From: an uncultured bacterium
Lineage (GTDB): Bacteria > Patescibacteriota > JAHJAL01
Direction of reading: 5' to 3'
DNA: 64,000 bases
Assembly (NCBI GenBank): GCA_938004065.1
Contig: CALKWM010000039.1
Coordinates: 1,313 to 65,312, forward strand
Below the pieces are notes generated by a model. The model saw nothing but the letters and a program-made list of their open reading frames with translations, ran no database searches and had not been told where the DNA came from. Every line of letters begins with the position of its first letter. Position 1 is the stretch's first letter. Position numbers and translations under genes: made by a program. Below, piece after piece: positions 28,501 through 39,178 of this stretch.

Positions 28501-28652
28501 TGAGTAGTGCTAATTTATTTTCTTATCTGTCATCCTCGAATCGATCCGCCTTGCCTGCCCGCCTTGGGTGGGGGCGGAGCTTCGATAACTTGTCCGCCTC
28601 GGGTGGATCGGGGATCCATACCATATTTCTTATTATTATTTAGCACCACTCA
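28501..28652 (+). mobile_element. MITE, full length, with nested palindromic insertions
   Basis: TIRs TGAGTAGTGCTAA / TTAGCACCACTCA; flanked on both sides by TTAAATAA. Confidence 0.85.
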
Positions 28653-28720
28653 TTAAATAATAAAAAAATACTAATCAATTCTTTTTTGATCAGTATTTAT
28701 CTTTTATTAATATCAAACAT

Positions 28721-29728
28721 TTACTCCACAAACGGCCCCTGGAAATGGATATGACAGTCGGGAAAAATTGTGGTCGGAGCGCCAATCGGGATAATCATTG
28801 GATTTTTTTTGACAAAATGTCCGAGATTGCTCACCTTGAGCATATGCAAAGGATCTCCATCCAGTTTTCTTTCCTTGATCACGTCACCCAACACGTATTC
28901 AAACAAGTTGTCCATATCTTCCTGATGAGTGGTATAACTGAAATGATATCGTCGCAAATCAAGTGAAAATATCTTTTGGTCCATATCACCGATAACCAGC
29001 GCTCGAATATGTCTAAATATCCCCCGTTCATCGAGGGCAATAATCAATCGGTGTAAGTCCTCAATATCGATTCCCACCTCTTCGATAAACAAAATATATG
29101 GCTCCCAAGACCTGGGGTTAATATCGCAAATATCCAGCAAATCGCGAAAAGTTGAAATATTGCCCCCGATAGCGATTCCGGTGATGGGTTTATCCGGAGT
29201 GGGCTCGGTCAGCCAGCGGTATTCCGGCTCGATAAAAACCAGTTCATTGCGAATCCCTTTTAACATCTCAAAAAATATCCGGTTGTTTTTGTCTCGAAAT
29301 AATCCCAGGGCATTACTGTAATGAAAAGTCATTAACCTGATCTTGAAATACAGATAGTTAATTAAAAAAACTGTATCCGAAAACCCATTTACTATCGGTC
29401 GATTGCGTTTAATGTTTTTTAGATCTTTTTCATTTAAGTGTCTGATAATGTCCTCGCATCCGGTACCTCCCATAACCGGCAACAGCCAGTTCGAATTTCT
29501 AATCGCTTTGCGAAAATTCTTTAAACGTTCTCGCTCGGATCCGGATAGGTAGCTAGGATTGATTTTAGTTTCATGGATATTGAATTCTTTTGTTTTGGAG
29601 TAAAGATTTTTTAATTTTGTTACAGTTTGCAAATACAGCTTTTCCTCCCGCTTTTCAATCGGACTGGAGGTATGAATCATGCTGATCAGTGAATCAGTGG
29701 TTAATTTCTGGGGTTTAATTAAGTTCAT
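28721..29728 (-). CDS. LD-carboxypeptidase, peptidase S66 / MccF-like
   Basis: GFSD (Ser), GGNI, ILFIEE (Glu), LGH (His) and IPIG; SD GGAGG. Confidence 0.8.
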   Translation of the reverse strand: MNLIKPQKLTTDSLISMIHTSSPIEKREEKLYLQTVTKLKNLYSKTKEFNIHETKINPSYLSGSERERLKNFRKAIRNSNWLLPVMGGTGCEDIIRHLNEKDLKNIKRNRPIVNGFSDTVFLINYLYFKIRLMTFHYSNALGLFRDKNNRIFFEMLKGIRNELVFIEPEYRWLTEPTPDKPITGIAIGGNISTFRDLLDICDINPRSWEPYILFIEEVGIDIEDLHRLIIALDERGIFRHIRALVIGDMDQKIFSLDLRRYHFSYTTHQEDMDNLFEYVLGDVIKERKLDGDPLHMLKVSNLGHFVKKNPMIIPIGAPTTIFPDCHIHFQGPFVE

Positions 29729-29935
29729 TTTTTACCTCCCGATGAAGTTTTATACAAATAAGATAAAAAATAAACACCGGTAAACCTAAATCTACCAGCA
29801 CTCCCTTGATAATATCATATTCTGGAAATAAATCAAGGGGTAAATAAATCATTAAAAAAATTTCCCCAGATTATTTCCTAAACATTTCTGCTAAGATTAA
29901 ACGGTAATTATTTTTTTTGTGCCCATTCTTTTTAT

Positions 29936-31243
29936 ATGTCCAAAATCAAACCAAAAATCGATCTGAACTCACGTTTCCAGGAAACATTGGATCTGATGGA
30001 AAACACCCGTGACAATATATTTTTAACCGGTAAAGCCGGTACCGGTAAATCGACCCTATTGCAATATTTTCGAACTACTACCGCCAAAAAAATTGTGGTC
30101 GTTGCTCCCACCGGTGTCGCCGCCCTCAATGTATCCGGCCAGACTATTCATTCATTTTTTCGATTTGCACCCGGGATTTCACCGGAAGATATCAAATTTG
30201 AAAAAAAATCCAAAAAACTCACTCAGATATTGAAAAAACTGGATATGATTATTATTGACGAGATCTCCATGGTGCGGGCGGATTTACTGGACTGTATCGA
30301 TGAGTCATTGCGATATTATTTACTTAACAACAAACCGTTCGGTGGCATCCAGATGGTGTTTATCGGAGATTTATTTCAATTGCCGCCGATCGTGGTGGGG
30401 GAGGAGGAGATGCGCAAATTCCGCACCCAATATCCCAGTCCGTACTTTTTCTCCGCCAACGTCATGCAGCAAATAGATATCAAAATAATCGAACTGGAAA
30501 CTATCTATCGCCAGTCCGATCAGATCTTTATCGACCTGCTCAACAAAATCCGTACCAATCGGGCCGATAGTGATGACATCAGTCTGCTTAATTCACGTTG
30601 CCAGGTTGATTATTTTGAACCTGAAGATATGTACATCACTCTCACCACCACCAACATTGCCGCCGACGATATTAACAAATATAAACTGGCCCAACTCACT
30701 ACCAAGTCCTATCTGCTAGCGGGAGAGCTGGCCGGAGATTTTTCCACCAAACAATTGCCGACGCAGGTTGATCTGGAAGTTAAAATCGGCTCGCAAATCA
30801 TGTTGTTAAACAACGATGCCGCCGATCGTTGGGTTAATGGTAGTATGGGGCGGATCATCGACATCACCAACAATCAATTTGATGATGATATCGTGTTGGT
30901 GGTCAAACTCGACAACGGTGAAACAGTTGAAGTGGATCGATACACCTGGCGGGCCACATCGTATTTCTATAACCCTGATACAAAAATCATGGATTCCGAA
31001 ACTGTCGGTTCGTTTACCCAATATCCTATCCGTCTCGCTTGGGCCGTTACAATCCACAAAAGTCAGGGAAAAACTTTTAACCACGTCGTTCTCGACATCG
31101 GCCGTGGGGCTTTTGCCCACGGCCAGACCTATGTCGCCATCAGTCGGGTAACCAGTTTACAGGGACTGCTCTTGCGCCGTCCCATCTCTCCCCGCGATAT
31201 CTCGATTGATACTCAAGTAGTGGAGTTTATGGCCAAAAAGTAA
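29936..31243 (+). CDS. Pif1/RecD-like SF1B helicase
   Basis: GKAGTGKS, APTGVAA, IDEISM, GDLFQLPP, AWAVTIHKSQG and YVAISR. Confidence 0.9.
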   Translation: MSKIKPKIDLNSRFQETLDLMENTRDNIFLTGKAGTGKSTLLQYFRTTTAKKIVVVAPTGVAALNVSGQTIHSFFRFAPGISPEDIKFEKKSKKLTQILKKLDMIIIDEISMVRADLLDCIDESLRYYLLNNKPFGGIQMVFIGDLFQLPPIVVGEEEMRKFRTQYPSPYFFSANVMQQIDIKIIELETIYRQSDQIFIDLLNKIRTNRADSDDISLLNSRCQVDYFEPEDMYITLTTTNIAADDINKYKLAQLTTKSYLLAGELAGDFSTKQLPTQVDLEVKIGSQIMLLNNDAADRWVNGSMGRIIDITNNQFDDDIVLVVKLDNGETVEVDRYTWRATSYFYNPDTKIMDSETVGSFTQYPIRLAWAVTIHKSQGKTFNHVVLDIGRGAFAHGQTYVAISRVTSLQGLLLRRPISPRDISIDTQVVEFMAKK

Positions 31244-31355
31244 ACCCAATTCAACACCCTTTTTGAATATCGACAATTACCCCCCGGCGAAGTGTTTTTA
31301 GCAATAAAAAAAGGCCATAAAAATTGCCATATAAACATAAAATACCTCTCTTTAA

Positions 31356-31694
31356 TCACACCGGCACCAAACTGATTTTTTTGATTATTTTCAATAATTC
31401 ATCAATTTGGAAAGGTTTGTCCAAAATATATTTTACACCCAGCGAATAAATTTTTTCTTTTTCATATTCGTCAATATCACCGCCCATGACAATGACATTG
31501 CTATTATTTTGTCTTTCTTCCAGATAAGATATTGTGTCGATACAACTAAAATCTATCATTATAATTTCGACATCTTCAATTGAATCATTAATGTCAACAT
31601 TTTTACTGAAAATAGTTTCGAACCCTTGAATTTTAAAAACCTGTTCTAAAACACCAATGAACATGGGTTCATCTTCGAAAATCAATATTTTCAT
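31356..31694 (-). CDS. Stand-alone response regulator receiver domain
   Basis: MKILIFEDE, IMIDF and LDKPF; SD AGGAGG before ATG 31694. Confidence 0.8.
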   Translation of the reverse strand: MKILIFEDEPMFIGVLEQVFKIQGFETIFSKNVDINDSIEDVEIIMIDFSCIDTISYLEERQNNSNVIVMGGDIDEYEKEKIYSLGVKYILDKPFQIDELLKIIKKISLVPV

Positions 31695-31923
31695 AAATTT
31701 CCCCCTCCTAGGTTTTTTAACGTTCATAAAACCATTATTACCAAAAGAAGATTAAGTATTTATTAATTTGAAATTAATAAAATATTAAGATTTGTAATTA
31801 TGATGAGTTAGGATAAAAGAAATTACAAATAAGTTATTAAAAATATAACCAAAAAATTATTTTCCAAAATATCTTTACATAACGAACGGAAGTAAAAAAA
31901 TTACTTCCGTTTTAAATAAAAAT

Positions 31924-32622
31924 TTACAATTTATTTTTTAATTCTTTTTGAACAACTACCAAAAAATCGGGATGATAACTCTCCCAAAAATCCTCACCAT
32001 ATTTATAAATTAACTTCAAAATCTTTTCAGTGTCTTTTTGTATATAGATTATCTCCCTTCCATGCACTTTGGAAAGTGATTTTTTGGCGCACCATTCAAA
32101 ATGATTATAATCATTTATCTGGTTAAGTTTTTCCTTTCCTCTTGGAGAAAAAGTCCAGACCAATTCATGGAGATCAATGTCGCAAAGAAGCTTTACTCCC
32201 ATTTCTTCTCTCATTGCTTTCACCAATTTTAGGCCCTGCCAGATTATAGGCAAATCTGAAAGAATCAATTTGTCGAACCGAAGTTTTAGGAAAATCGGTT
32301 TTTTTGATATTTCTGGTTTTGTCAAAAATATCTTTTTTGCGTATTTAGTATTACGGTGTTTGGCGATGGCCGGTATAAAAAAGATATGTGTTCCATCGAT
32401 TAAATACAAATTTTCTACTCTCAAATTGTAATCTCCTACCCGTCCTTCGGAAACAATGCCCTGTAGATATATTTTTTTTGCATGGTAATCCACTTTTAAC
32501 CAACCTTGTTCCTTGTTTTGTTCCGATAAAAACGGTTCATACAGAAATCCGTCACTTTCCATGAGGTGGTCCATGGTATTTCTTCTATATGACAAATTTA
32601 GTCTTTGATCCATATCATCCAC
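31924..32622 (-). CDS. Hypothetical protein
   Basis: SD AAGGAGG; 232-aa ORF followed by a terminator hairpin near 31885-31912. Confidence 0.6.
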   Translation of the reverse strand: MDDMDQRLNLSYRRNTMDHLMESDGFLYEPFLSEQNKEQGWLKVDYHAKKIYLQGIVSEGRVGDYNLRVENLYLIDGTHIFFIPAIAKHRNTKYAKKIFLTKPEISKKPIFLKLRFDKLILSDLPIIWQGLKLVKAMREEMGVKLLCDIDLHELVWTFSPRGKEKLNQINDYNHFEWCAKKSLSKVHGREIIYIQKDTEKILKLIYKYGEDFWESYHPDFLVVVQKELKNKL

Positions 32623-32836
32623 AACCTCCTTAAATTTTTAAATTTCACAAACGAAAAATTCTTTGTTATCAAGATATCATTTACGGGAATTGTTGGCAAT
32701 ATCATGTTTAATATAAATATTTTAAAAATTTTTAATTTGACTTTTGCTCTCAAATATTATACAAATAAATAACCAAATTGATTTTTAAATCTGTTTGAAA
32801 TTAGATAAACAGGTTTTTTTATTTTTTATTGAAATT

Positions 32837-34633
32837 ATGGAAATCAGAAATATCGCCATCATCGCCCACGTTGATCATGGCAAAACTACCCTGACTGACG
32901 CTATCATGCGTCAAACCGGTATCGCCAAAGAAGGCGAAACCATGGATGTCAACGCCCTCGAACAAGAGCGTGGAATTACCATATACTCCAAGAACACATC
33001 CGTTTTTTACAAAGACACCAAAATCAACATTGTTGATACTCCCGGCCACGCCGATTTCGGCAGTGAGGTGGAACGGGTTTTGCGCTCAATTGACTCAGTA
33101 GTACTGGTAGTTGATGCCCAAGAAGGCCCCATGCCGCAAACCAAATTTGTTCTCAAGAAATCTCTCGAACTGGGGCTGAAACCAATCGTCGTTATCAACA
33201 AAATCGACAAACCGGCCGCCCGTCCCGATATCGTTCACGAAATGGTGTTTGAATTATTTTACGATCTCGGCGCCAATGATGAACAGCTGGATTTTCCGGT
33301 TATTTATGCCATTGGTCGTGATGGTATTGCCAAATCCAAACTCGCCGATGACAGCCACGACCTCACTCCTCTGCTGGATTTGATTTTGTCGCATGTGCCA
33401 CCTGTATCGGCCGATATCGACGCTCCGCTTTCCGCTCAGCCATTCAATTTGGGTTATGACAATTTTCTCGGTCGCTTGGCCATCGCCCGCATCTATGAAG
33501 GCCGGATCAAAACCGGCCAAACCGTAACTATCAAAAAAATCGATGGTGCTATCGCTACCGGCAAAGTGGTTAAACTGTTTACATATCAAGGCATGGCCAG
33601 ACAGGAAACACCAAATGCCGTCGCTGGAGATATTGTCATGATTGCCGGACTGCCCAACATCTACATCGGCGACACTATTTGTGATACCCCCGATCAGGCC
33701 ACACTGCCGGCTATCAAAATTGACGAGCCAACCATTTGCCTGAATTTTTTGGTCAATGACTCTCCTTTTGCGGGTCAGGACGGCACTTGGGTTACCAATC
33801 GTCAGATCCGGGAACGGCTGGAAAAAGAGTTGGAGATAAACGTTGGCTTAAAAATTGATTTCTCCAACAATTCATATTACAAAGTTTACGGCCGAGGTGA
33901 ATTGCATATCGCCATTCTGTTGGAAAACATGCGTCGTGAAGGATATGAGATTCAGGTTTCTCAGCCCAAAGTAATCATCAGAGAAGAAAATGGAGTGAAA
34001 GTTGAACCATTTGAAGAACTGACTATCGACGTACCGGTGGAATACTCGGGCGTTGTAATCGAAAAACTATCTCGTCGCAAAGGAGTTATGACCAATATGA
34101 CCAATACCGGCCATCAGACCAGATTGATTTTTCAAATTCCGACTCGCGGTCTGTTGGGTTATCGCGGTGATTTTATGGTGGATACTCGCGGTGAAGGCAT
34201 ACTTTGCAGTGAGTTTGTCGGTTTTAAACCCCATGTCGGACCCATCGAACGACACGCCGTTGGCGCGATGGTTTCCATGATTGGTGGCAAAGCGTTGGCT
34301 TTCTCGCTCTGGAATCTGCAGGACCGCGGACAACTCTACATCACCGCCAATACCCCGGTCTATGAAGGTATGATCATCGGCAATGTTGCCAAAGGAGTTG
34401 ATCTGGCGGTTAATCCGATCAAAGGCAAGCAACTGACCAACATCCGCGCTGCCGGTAGTGACGAAGCGATCCATCTCGTTCCGCCAATTACTATCTCCAT
34501 CGAAAGAGGTTTGGAAATCATTAACGATGATGAATACCTCGAAGTAACTCCCAAAAATGTTCGTTTGCGTAAGCAATCCCTGAAAGAAGTTGATCGCATT
34601 CGTGACAACAGGAAGAAAAACAGAGATATTTAA
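32837..34633 (+). CDS. typA: Translational GTPase TypA/BipA
   Basis: [33 protein letters not shown] and GRGELH. Confidence 0.95.
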   Translation: MEIRNIAIIAHVDHGKTTLTDAIMRQTGIAKEGETMDVNALEQERGITIYSKNTSVFYKDTKINIVDTPGHADFGSEVERVLRSIDSVVLVVDAQEGPMPQTKFVLKKSLELGLKPIVVINKIDKPAARPDIVHEMVFELFYDLGANDEQLDFPVIYAIGRDGIAKSKLADDSHDLTPLLDLILSHVPPVSADIDAPLSAQPFNLGYDNFLGRLAIARIYEGRIKTGQTVTIKKIDGAIATGKVVKLFTYQGMARQETPNAVAGDIVMIAGLPNIYIGDTICDTPDQATLPAIKIDEPTICLNFLVNDSPFAGQDGTWVTNRQIRERLEKELEINVGLKIDFSNNSYYKVYGRGELHIAILLENMRREGYEIQVSQPKVIIREENGVKVEPFEELTIDVPVEYSGVVIEKLSRRKGVMTNMTNTGHQTRLIFQIPTRGLLGYRGDFMVDTRGEGILCSEFVGFKPHVGPIERHAVGAMVSMIGGKALAFSLWNLQDRGQLYITANTPVYEGMIIGNVAKGVDLAVNPIKGKQLTNIRAAGSDEAIHLVPPITISIERGLEIINDDEYLEVTPKNVRLRKQSLKEVDRIRDNRKKNRDI

Positions 34634-34646
34634 AATACCGAAATTA

Positions 34647-34671
34647 AGCCCGCTAAAAATTTTAGCGGGCT
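34647..34671. terminator. Terminator after typA
   Basis: AGCCCGCTAAA-AA-TTTAGCGGGCT. Confidence 0.7.
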
Positions 34672-34678
34672 ACATTTA

Positions 34679-34846
34679 TTATTTCTTGAAATATTCGTAT
34701 AATTCCTCCCAGAATTTGATCCGTTCTTGTTTCTCCTGATCATTTTCCGGGGTATTCTTTATATCATCGGTTTGTATCGGAATTTCCGATTCCTGATAAT
34801 TTTTTTTGGTGTTTGTTTTTCTTGTTCTCCTGTTGATTTTTTTCAC
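34679..34846 (-). CDS. Small protein (55 aa), not in the ORF track
   Basis: GTG after a G-rich SD; (M)KKINRRTRKTNTKKNYQ...IKFWEELYEYFKK*. Confidence 0.45.
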   Translation of the reverse strand: MKKINRRTRKTNTKKNYQESEIPIQTDDIKNTPENDQEKQERIKFWEELYEYFKK

Positions 34847-35070
34847 CCCCCTTTAAAAATATCCATTTTAAAAATTTTATTCTTAAATCACTTTTCATAA
34901 TTACTTTACATCTATCATAAATAATGCAAACAAAGTGTTTATGACGTTTTGTCTTTAGAAGTCTTTATGATGAATTACAAATAATTTTATTATAAATTAA
35001 CACACGGCGCTCTTGGCGCAGGGCAGTTCACAAAAAAATTTGAATATTCGATTATTTTTATAAACTTCTT

Positions 35071-35247
35071 TCACAACTTTAATCTTTTATTCCCATTTTC
35101 TTCCTTGTATTTCTTGATTAGACGCAAGAAAAACAAGGTTTTCACCATGTCATCATCGGGAAACTCTTCCTCCGCCTTGGCGTGCAATTCTTCCTTCACA
35201 TCTTCCGGAATCCATTCATCAACAGTGATAATTTCCACTTCGCTCAT
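35071..35247 (-). CDS. Small acidic protein (58 aa), not in the ORF track
   Basis: SD AGGAGGT; MSEVEIITVDEWIPEDVKEELHAKAEEEFPDDDMVKTLFFLRLIKK... Confidence 0.6.
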   Translation of the reverse strand: MSEVEIITVDEWIPEDVKEELHAKAEEEFPDDDMVKTLFFLRLIKKYKEENGNKRLKL

Positions 35248-35460
35248 TGTTAAAATACCTCCTTTGAAAAATCCAGATTATTTTTAAATCAATTCTAGCA
35301 TAAAAATTCAATACATATTTCCCCATACAAAAATGGCCAACCGGACTAATTGTTGGCGTTATTAAAAATTATGTTTTTTTTCTTCATTTTTAAGTATTTT
35401 TTTAAACTGCTAAAAAAAGATTATAATTAAAGCAATTAACATACTATAAAAACTTAAAAA

Positions 35461-36054
35461 ATGCCTCGTCCAAAAAGAAGAAATAAAACCAATCGAAAGC
35501 AAGTTAAAAATAGACCGAAAATCTACGCTTTTATCGAAAGCCAAAACTTAAACCTCGGCACCGGCAAAGATCTGTTCAACAAGAATAAGCGAAAAATCTA
35601 TACCGGCTGGAAATTGGACTTCAAAAAATTTCGCATCTATCTCAAAGATAAATTCAGGGTTACTCAAGCATTTCTATTTATCGGGTATATCGAAAATAAC
35701 CAAAAATTATACCGTGAATTAAAAAAATTTGGATATCAATTAGTATTTAAACCAACTACTAAAGATGCGTTTGGTGTGCCCAAAGGAAATATTGACGCTG
35801 AATTAGTCCTTCATACTGCAGCTATCGAATATAAAAACTATAATCAAGCCATAGTTGTTTCCGGTGATGGTGATTTTCGTTGTCTCTATGAATTTTTAAA
35901 GAAAAATAAAAAACTGTCCAAAATAATTATTCCAAATAAAAAAGCGGCCTCAACATTGCTACGACCGTTTGATAAATATAAGAAACATTTGGAAGATGAC
36001 AGACAGAAATTACAGTATAAAAAAACGGGAGGCGTGCACTCATCCAACACGTAG
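35461..36054 (+). CDS. NYN-domain (LabA/PIN-like) ribonuclease
   Basis: YAFIESQNL, KGNIDAELV and VSGDGDF. Confidence 0.85.
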   Translation: MPRPKRRNKTNRKQVKNRPKIYAFIESQNLNLGTGKDLFNKNKRKIYTGWKLDFKKFRIYLKDKFRVTQAFLFIGYIENNQKLYRELKKFGYQLVFKPTTKDAFGVPKGNIDAELVLHTAAIEYKNYNQAIVVSGDGDFRCLYEFLKKNKKLSKIIIPNKKAASTLLRPFDKYKKHLEDDRQKLQYKKTGGVHSSNT

Positions 36055-36082
36055 TTGGAGGCTCGTATTCTCCCTCATGATT
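36019..36082 (-). ncRNA. Candidate antisense hairpin sRNA overlapping the 3' end of NYN gene 1
   Basis: Promoter TTGACA-17-TACAAT (36117-36089); GGGAG/CTCCC and TCCAAC/GTTGGA stems; U7 end. Confidence 0.55.
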
Positions 36083-36236
36083 AGTTTAATTGTAAAAAAA
36101 TATTAGTAGTTTGTCAAGTTTAAAAATACCCACAAAAATGAGAGACGTTACAATGAAATACATAATTTCACGCTCGTTTCTCTCTCTCACGATTAATGCA
36201 ATTATTCAAATAATTTATTTTTAAAACTATAATATA

Positions 36237-36548
36237 ATGAAACAAGAAAATTTAACAATCACCGCACTCAAACAAGCCCTCGGGGTAACGATTTATGTAT
36301 TGTTGGTTGGCACTGTTATGTCATTTGGCAACGAGATCTTCGGCACCAAACCAAACCTCTTGGGCCCGGTCGCTTTTCTGATGTTATTTGTCATCTCCGC
36401 CGCCATCACCGGTTATTTGGTTGTCGGGAAATCTATCCTCATGTACCTTGACGGTGCCAAAAAATCGGCGGTCCAACTATTTGGTTTGACGATACTGTGG
36501 TTGTTTTTGTTTATGATGTTGGCTTTTCTGGGAATGATAGTTTTTTAG
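36237..36548 (+). CDS. Small 3-TM membrane protein
   Basis: Three hydrophobic segments. Confidence 0.7.
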   Translation: MKQENLTITALKQALGVTIYVLLVGTVMSFGNEIFGTKPNLLGPVAFLMLFVISAAITGYLVVGKSILMYLDGAKKSAVQLFGLTILWLFLFMMLAFLGMIVF

Positions 36549-36570
36549 ATCAAATCAGTATTGTTAATAA

Positions 36571-36684
36571 TGAGTAGTGCTAAATAAAAATAAGAAATAT
36601 GGTATGGATCCCCGATATCGAAGCTCCGCCCTGGGCGGATTTCGATTCGAGGATGACAGATAGGAAATTAATAAGCACTACTCA
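36571..36684 (-). mobile_element. MITE, full length, reverse orientation
   Basis: TIRs TGAGTAGTGCT / AGCACTACTCA; core GGATCCCCGA...GAGGATGAC. Confidence 0.85.
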
Positions 36685-36889
36685 TTAATTCTATTTGGCA
36701 TTTCTTTTTTTGGTTCCTGCCCGATCTTCTTTTAATATTTGGCGCTTTTCGTTTACTTAAGAAAACGCAGTATCAAAATTTTGCTTGGCGATTACATTAA
36801 ACGGAACTTTTTAATGATAGTTCAAGTAAATTGCCGACATTTAAAAGAAACCACCAGCTTTATTGCCGGTGGTTTATAAAATACATTTT

Positions 36890-37591
36890 TTAGTATTGAA
36901 CTGAATTAGTCCGCGGAGATTCCCTAAACAGTCCTTCCCTTTTCAATGCTGTATCGGGACAACTTTCCAGATAACTCTGGATTTGTTCGATATTTAGATC
37001 ATGAAAATGATCCAAAATATCGGATGTAGTCGGATCGGGATTGGTCGGAAAATCTGATCCGGTTTGTTGATTGATTTGGTCAACAATACCGGCATAAATT
37101 GCCATATACTCTGCCAATGTGTATCGGCCGGCAAAATTAGCTTGATAAGATTCGGCAAAACTCATCCCGTTTTCCCGATCAAGCCAGAATTGAAATGTAC
37201 TGGCAACCAGTTGCGGAAAAAAACCGTTGTACTTGCCACTATTAACCTCATAATTACAGGCATGGTACAACCGCAATTCAAAATCACCGAAACCGTCTTC
37301 TTGACCCAACAGATCTTGATTTTCCAACAGAGCCAAGAGCAAGACCGGATTACAATTGTTCTCTCTGGCACAATAGAAAATCAACTCCGCCGGTGATAGA
37401 TTGTGAGCCGGATTGCCGTTTTTTAATTGTTCCATCACCAGCTCGTCTTTCCCGCTTGACCACTCGATCGACTTGTTTAGCGGATCGGCGCTGCGGATAG
37501 TCTGAATAATCGGCGTAACCGCGTCATCACCGCAACCGGCTGTCAACATCATTAGCAGTAGCAACAGGGCAAGAAACACAATTCTTTTCAT
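36890..37591 (-). CDS. Lipoprotein of unknown function
   Basis: Lipobox TAGC; SD AGGAGG; CNPVLLLALLENQ resembles lysozyme-fold/hemagglutinin-like motifs. Confidence 0.65.
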   Translation of the reverse strand: MKRIVFLALLLLLMMLTAGCGDDAVTPIIQTIRSADPLNKSIEWSSGKDELVMEQLKNGNPAHNLSPAELIFYCARENNCNPVLLLALLENQDLLGQEDGFGDFELRLYHACNYEVNSGKYNGFFPQLVASTFQFWLDRENGMSFAESYQANFAGRYTLAEYMAIYAGIVDQINQQTGSDFPTNPDPTTSDILDHFHDLNIEQIQSYLESCPDTALKREGLFRESPRTNSVQY

Positions 37592-37767
37592 TCATATCCC
37601 CTCCTACAAAATTTTTTTAATAATTCGATAGCTTGGTATAATTTAACGAAAAATTTGTCCAAAAGCAATGTTTTGTTGATGATTATTGATGAATGTTAAA
37701 AAGTTGGTCTTGATATAATTAAAGGTATAATACAAACAGTGATTATTTGTTCTAAAAATTTTTTCAA

Positions 37768-38115
37768 ATGTCCAACATCAAAAACCTAACCCAAAAATTA
37801 ATAAATTTCCGCGACGCGCGAGATTGGAAACAGTTCCACAAACCCAAAGATATGGCTATTTCTCTCTCGCTGGAAGCTTCCGAATTATTGGAACATTTTC
37901 AATGGAAAAGTGAGCAAGAAATTGAAGAGTATTTGAAAGATCATAAAAATGATCTGGCCGATGAACTGGCGGATGTTCTAAATACTTTGCTGATGATTTG
38001 CTACGACCTTGATATCAATATCATCGAAGCTTCAGAAAAGAAATTGATCAAAAACAATTTGAAATATCCGGTGGAGAAAGCGAAGGGAAAACATACGAAG
38101 TATAGCAAGTTGTAG
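37768..38115 (+). CDS. MazG-like nucleotide pyrophosphohydrolase (copy 1)
   Basis: FRDARDWKQFH, EASELLEHFQW, DELADV and KYPVEKAKG. Confidence 0.88.
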   Translation: MSNIKNLTQKLINFRDARDWKQFHKPKDMAISLSLEASELLEHFQWKSEQEIEEYLKDHKNDLADELADVLNTLLMICYDLDINIIEASEKKLIKNNLKYPVEKAKGKHTKYSKL

Positions 38116-38295
38116 AGGGATTAAGGCAAAACACGATTTTTTAAAATATAGTTTTCCAGCTTTATTATTCGCAAATATTTTTCAAAGTTAAATTTACAGT
38201 CTTAAAAATATATGCAAATTGTTATTTTTAAAATGATTGATGCTAAATTGGATATTATACCGGCTACTGAACAATATTTCAAATACTTACCAGAT

Positions 38296-39178
38296 GAGTA
38301 ATATCAAGCACTTGGAACATTGGATATTAGATAAGATAGTAAATTAGCTGGTTTTGAAACAATTTCTTTGTAGTTGAATCTAGCTAGAAATTCTTGCAGA
38401 TATTCTGATAGTTTTTCTTTAGTGACATGATGATAAATTCTTCGAAGCATAGTTTTAAGTAAAGCCCATACTCTTTCAATAGCTGATGAATATTTTAACT
38501 GCCAACGATCATGGTATTCAATTCTGTGGCCATAACCATACCATTCAATATCAATGTAGCTTAAGAATCCATCAGTAGTAATTAGACTGTCAGTTAATAT
38601 ATTATCTGTTAAAAACTTTTCTACTATTCCTTGTTCTCTGGTTTCGACAATCTCTAAGCAGATGTGATCAAACTCCCGATTAACAGCTCCAATAATTACC
38701 GATTGGTTACCATTTCTTCTTTTACCAATAAAACATTCATCAACAATAATATCACCACCTAACATCAAATCATCTCGCGGTAAGTTCTTTCTTAAGTGTG
38801 AATAAATTCTCCTAATTGATGGATATGACACTTCAATTAAATCTTGGGCTATTCTTAAAGGAACCTTCTCGCTAAAACAATGGATAGCTTTTAGTATTTG
38901 TCTGATTGTTAATTTGGAATACTTGAAGCCTAACGATATTCTAAGACTGAATTTATAACGGCATTTTCGACACCAATACCGATTAGATAGTTGTCTAACA
39001 TATCTGATTCTGCCACATCTCGGACATTTGATTTTAGACAAATACTTTTTCTTTACTAATTTAACAGCTTGTTTTTCATCAAGAAGTTTAATAAATTTAG
39101 ACATAGGAACAGATTAGATGATTAAGATGTATGATATTTTAATTATTTAACATCTGTTCCAATTTCTTTATATAACTC
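38296..39178 (-). mobile_element. IS1595-family insertion sequence (883 bp)
   Basis: 24-bp imperfect TIRs (GAGTAATATCAAGCACTTGGAACA / GAGTTATATAAAGAAATTGGAACA); 8-bp TSD TACCAGAT at 38288-38295 and 39179-39186. Confidence 0.9.
38304..39104 (-). CDS. IS1595/ISXO2-like DDE transposase
   Basis: CPRC..CRKC zinc ribbon, VDECFIG, ITTDG, IERVW and YLQEF..RFN. Confidence 0.9.
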   Translation of the reverse strand: MSKFIKLLDEKQAVKLVKKKYLSKIKCPRCGRIRYVRQLSNRYWCRKCRYKFSLRISLGFKYSKLTIRQILKAIHCFSEKVPLRIAQDLIEVSYPSIRRIYSHLRKNLPRDDLMLGGDIIVDECFIGKRRNGNQSVIIGAVNREFDHICLEIVETREQGIVEKFLTDNILTDSLITTDGFLSYIDIEWYGYGHRIEYHDRWQLKYSSAIERVWALLKTMLRRIYHHVTKEKLSEYLQEFLARFNYKEIVSKPANLLSYLISNVPSA

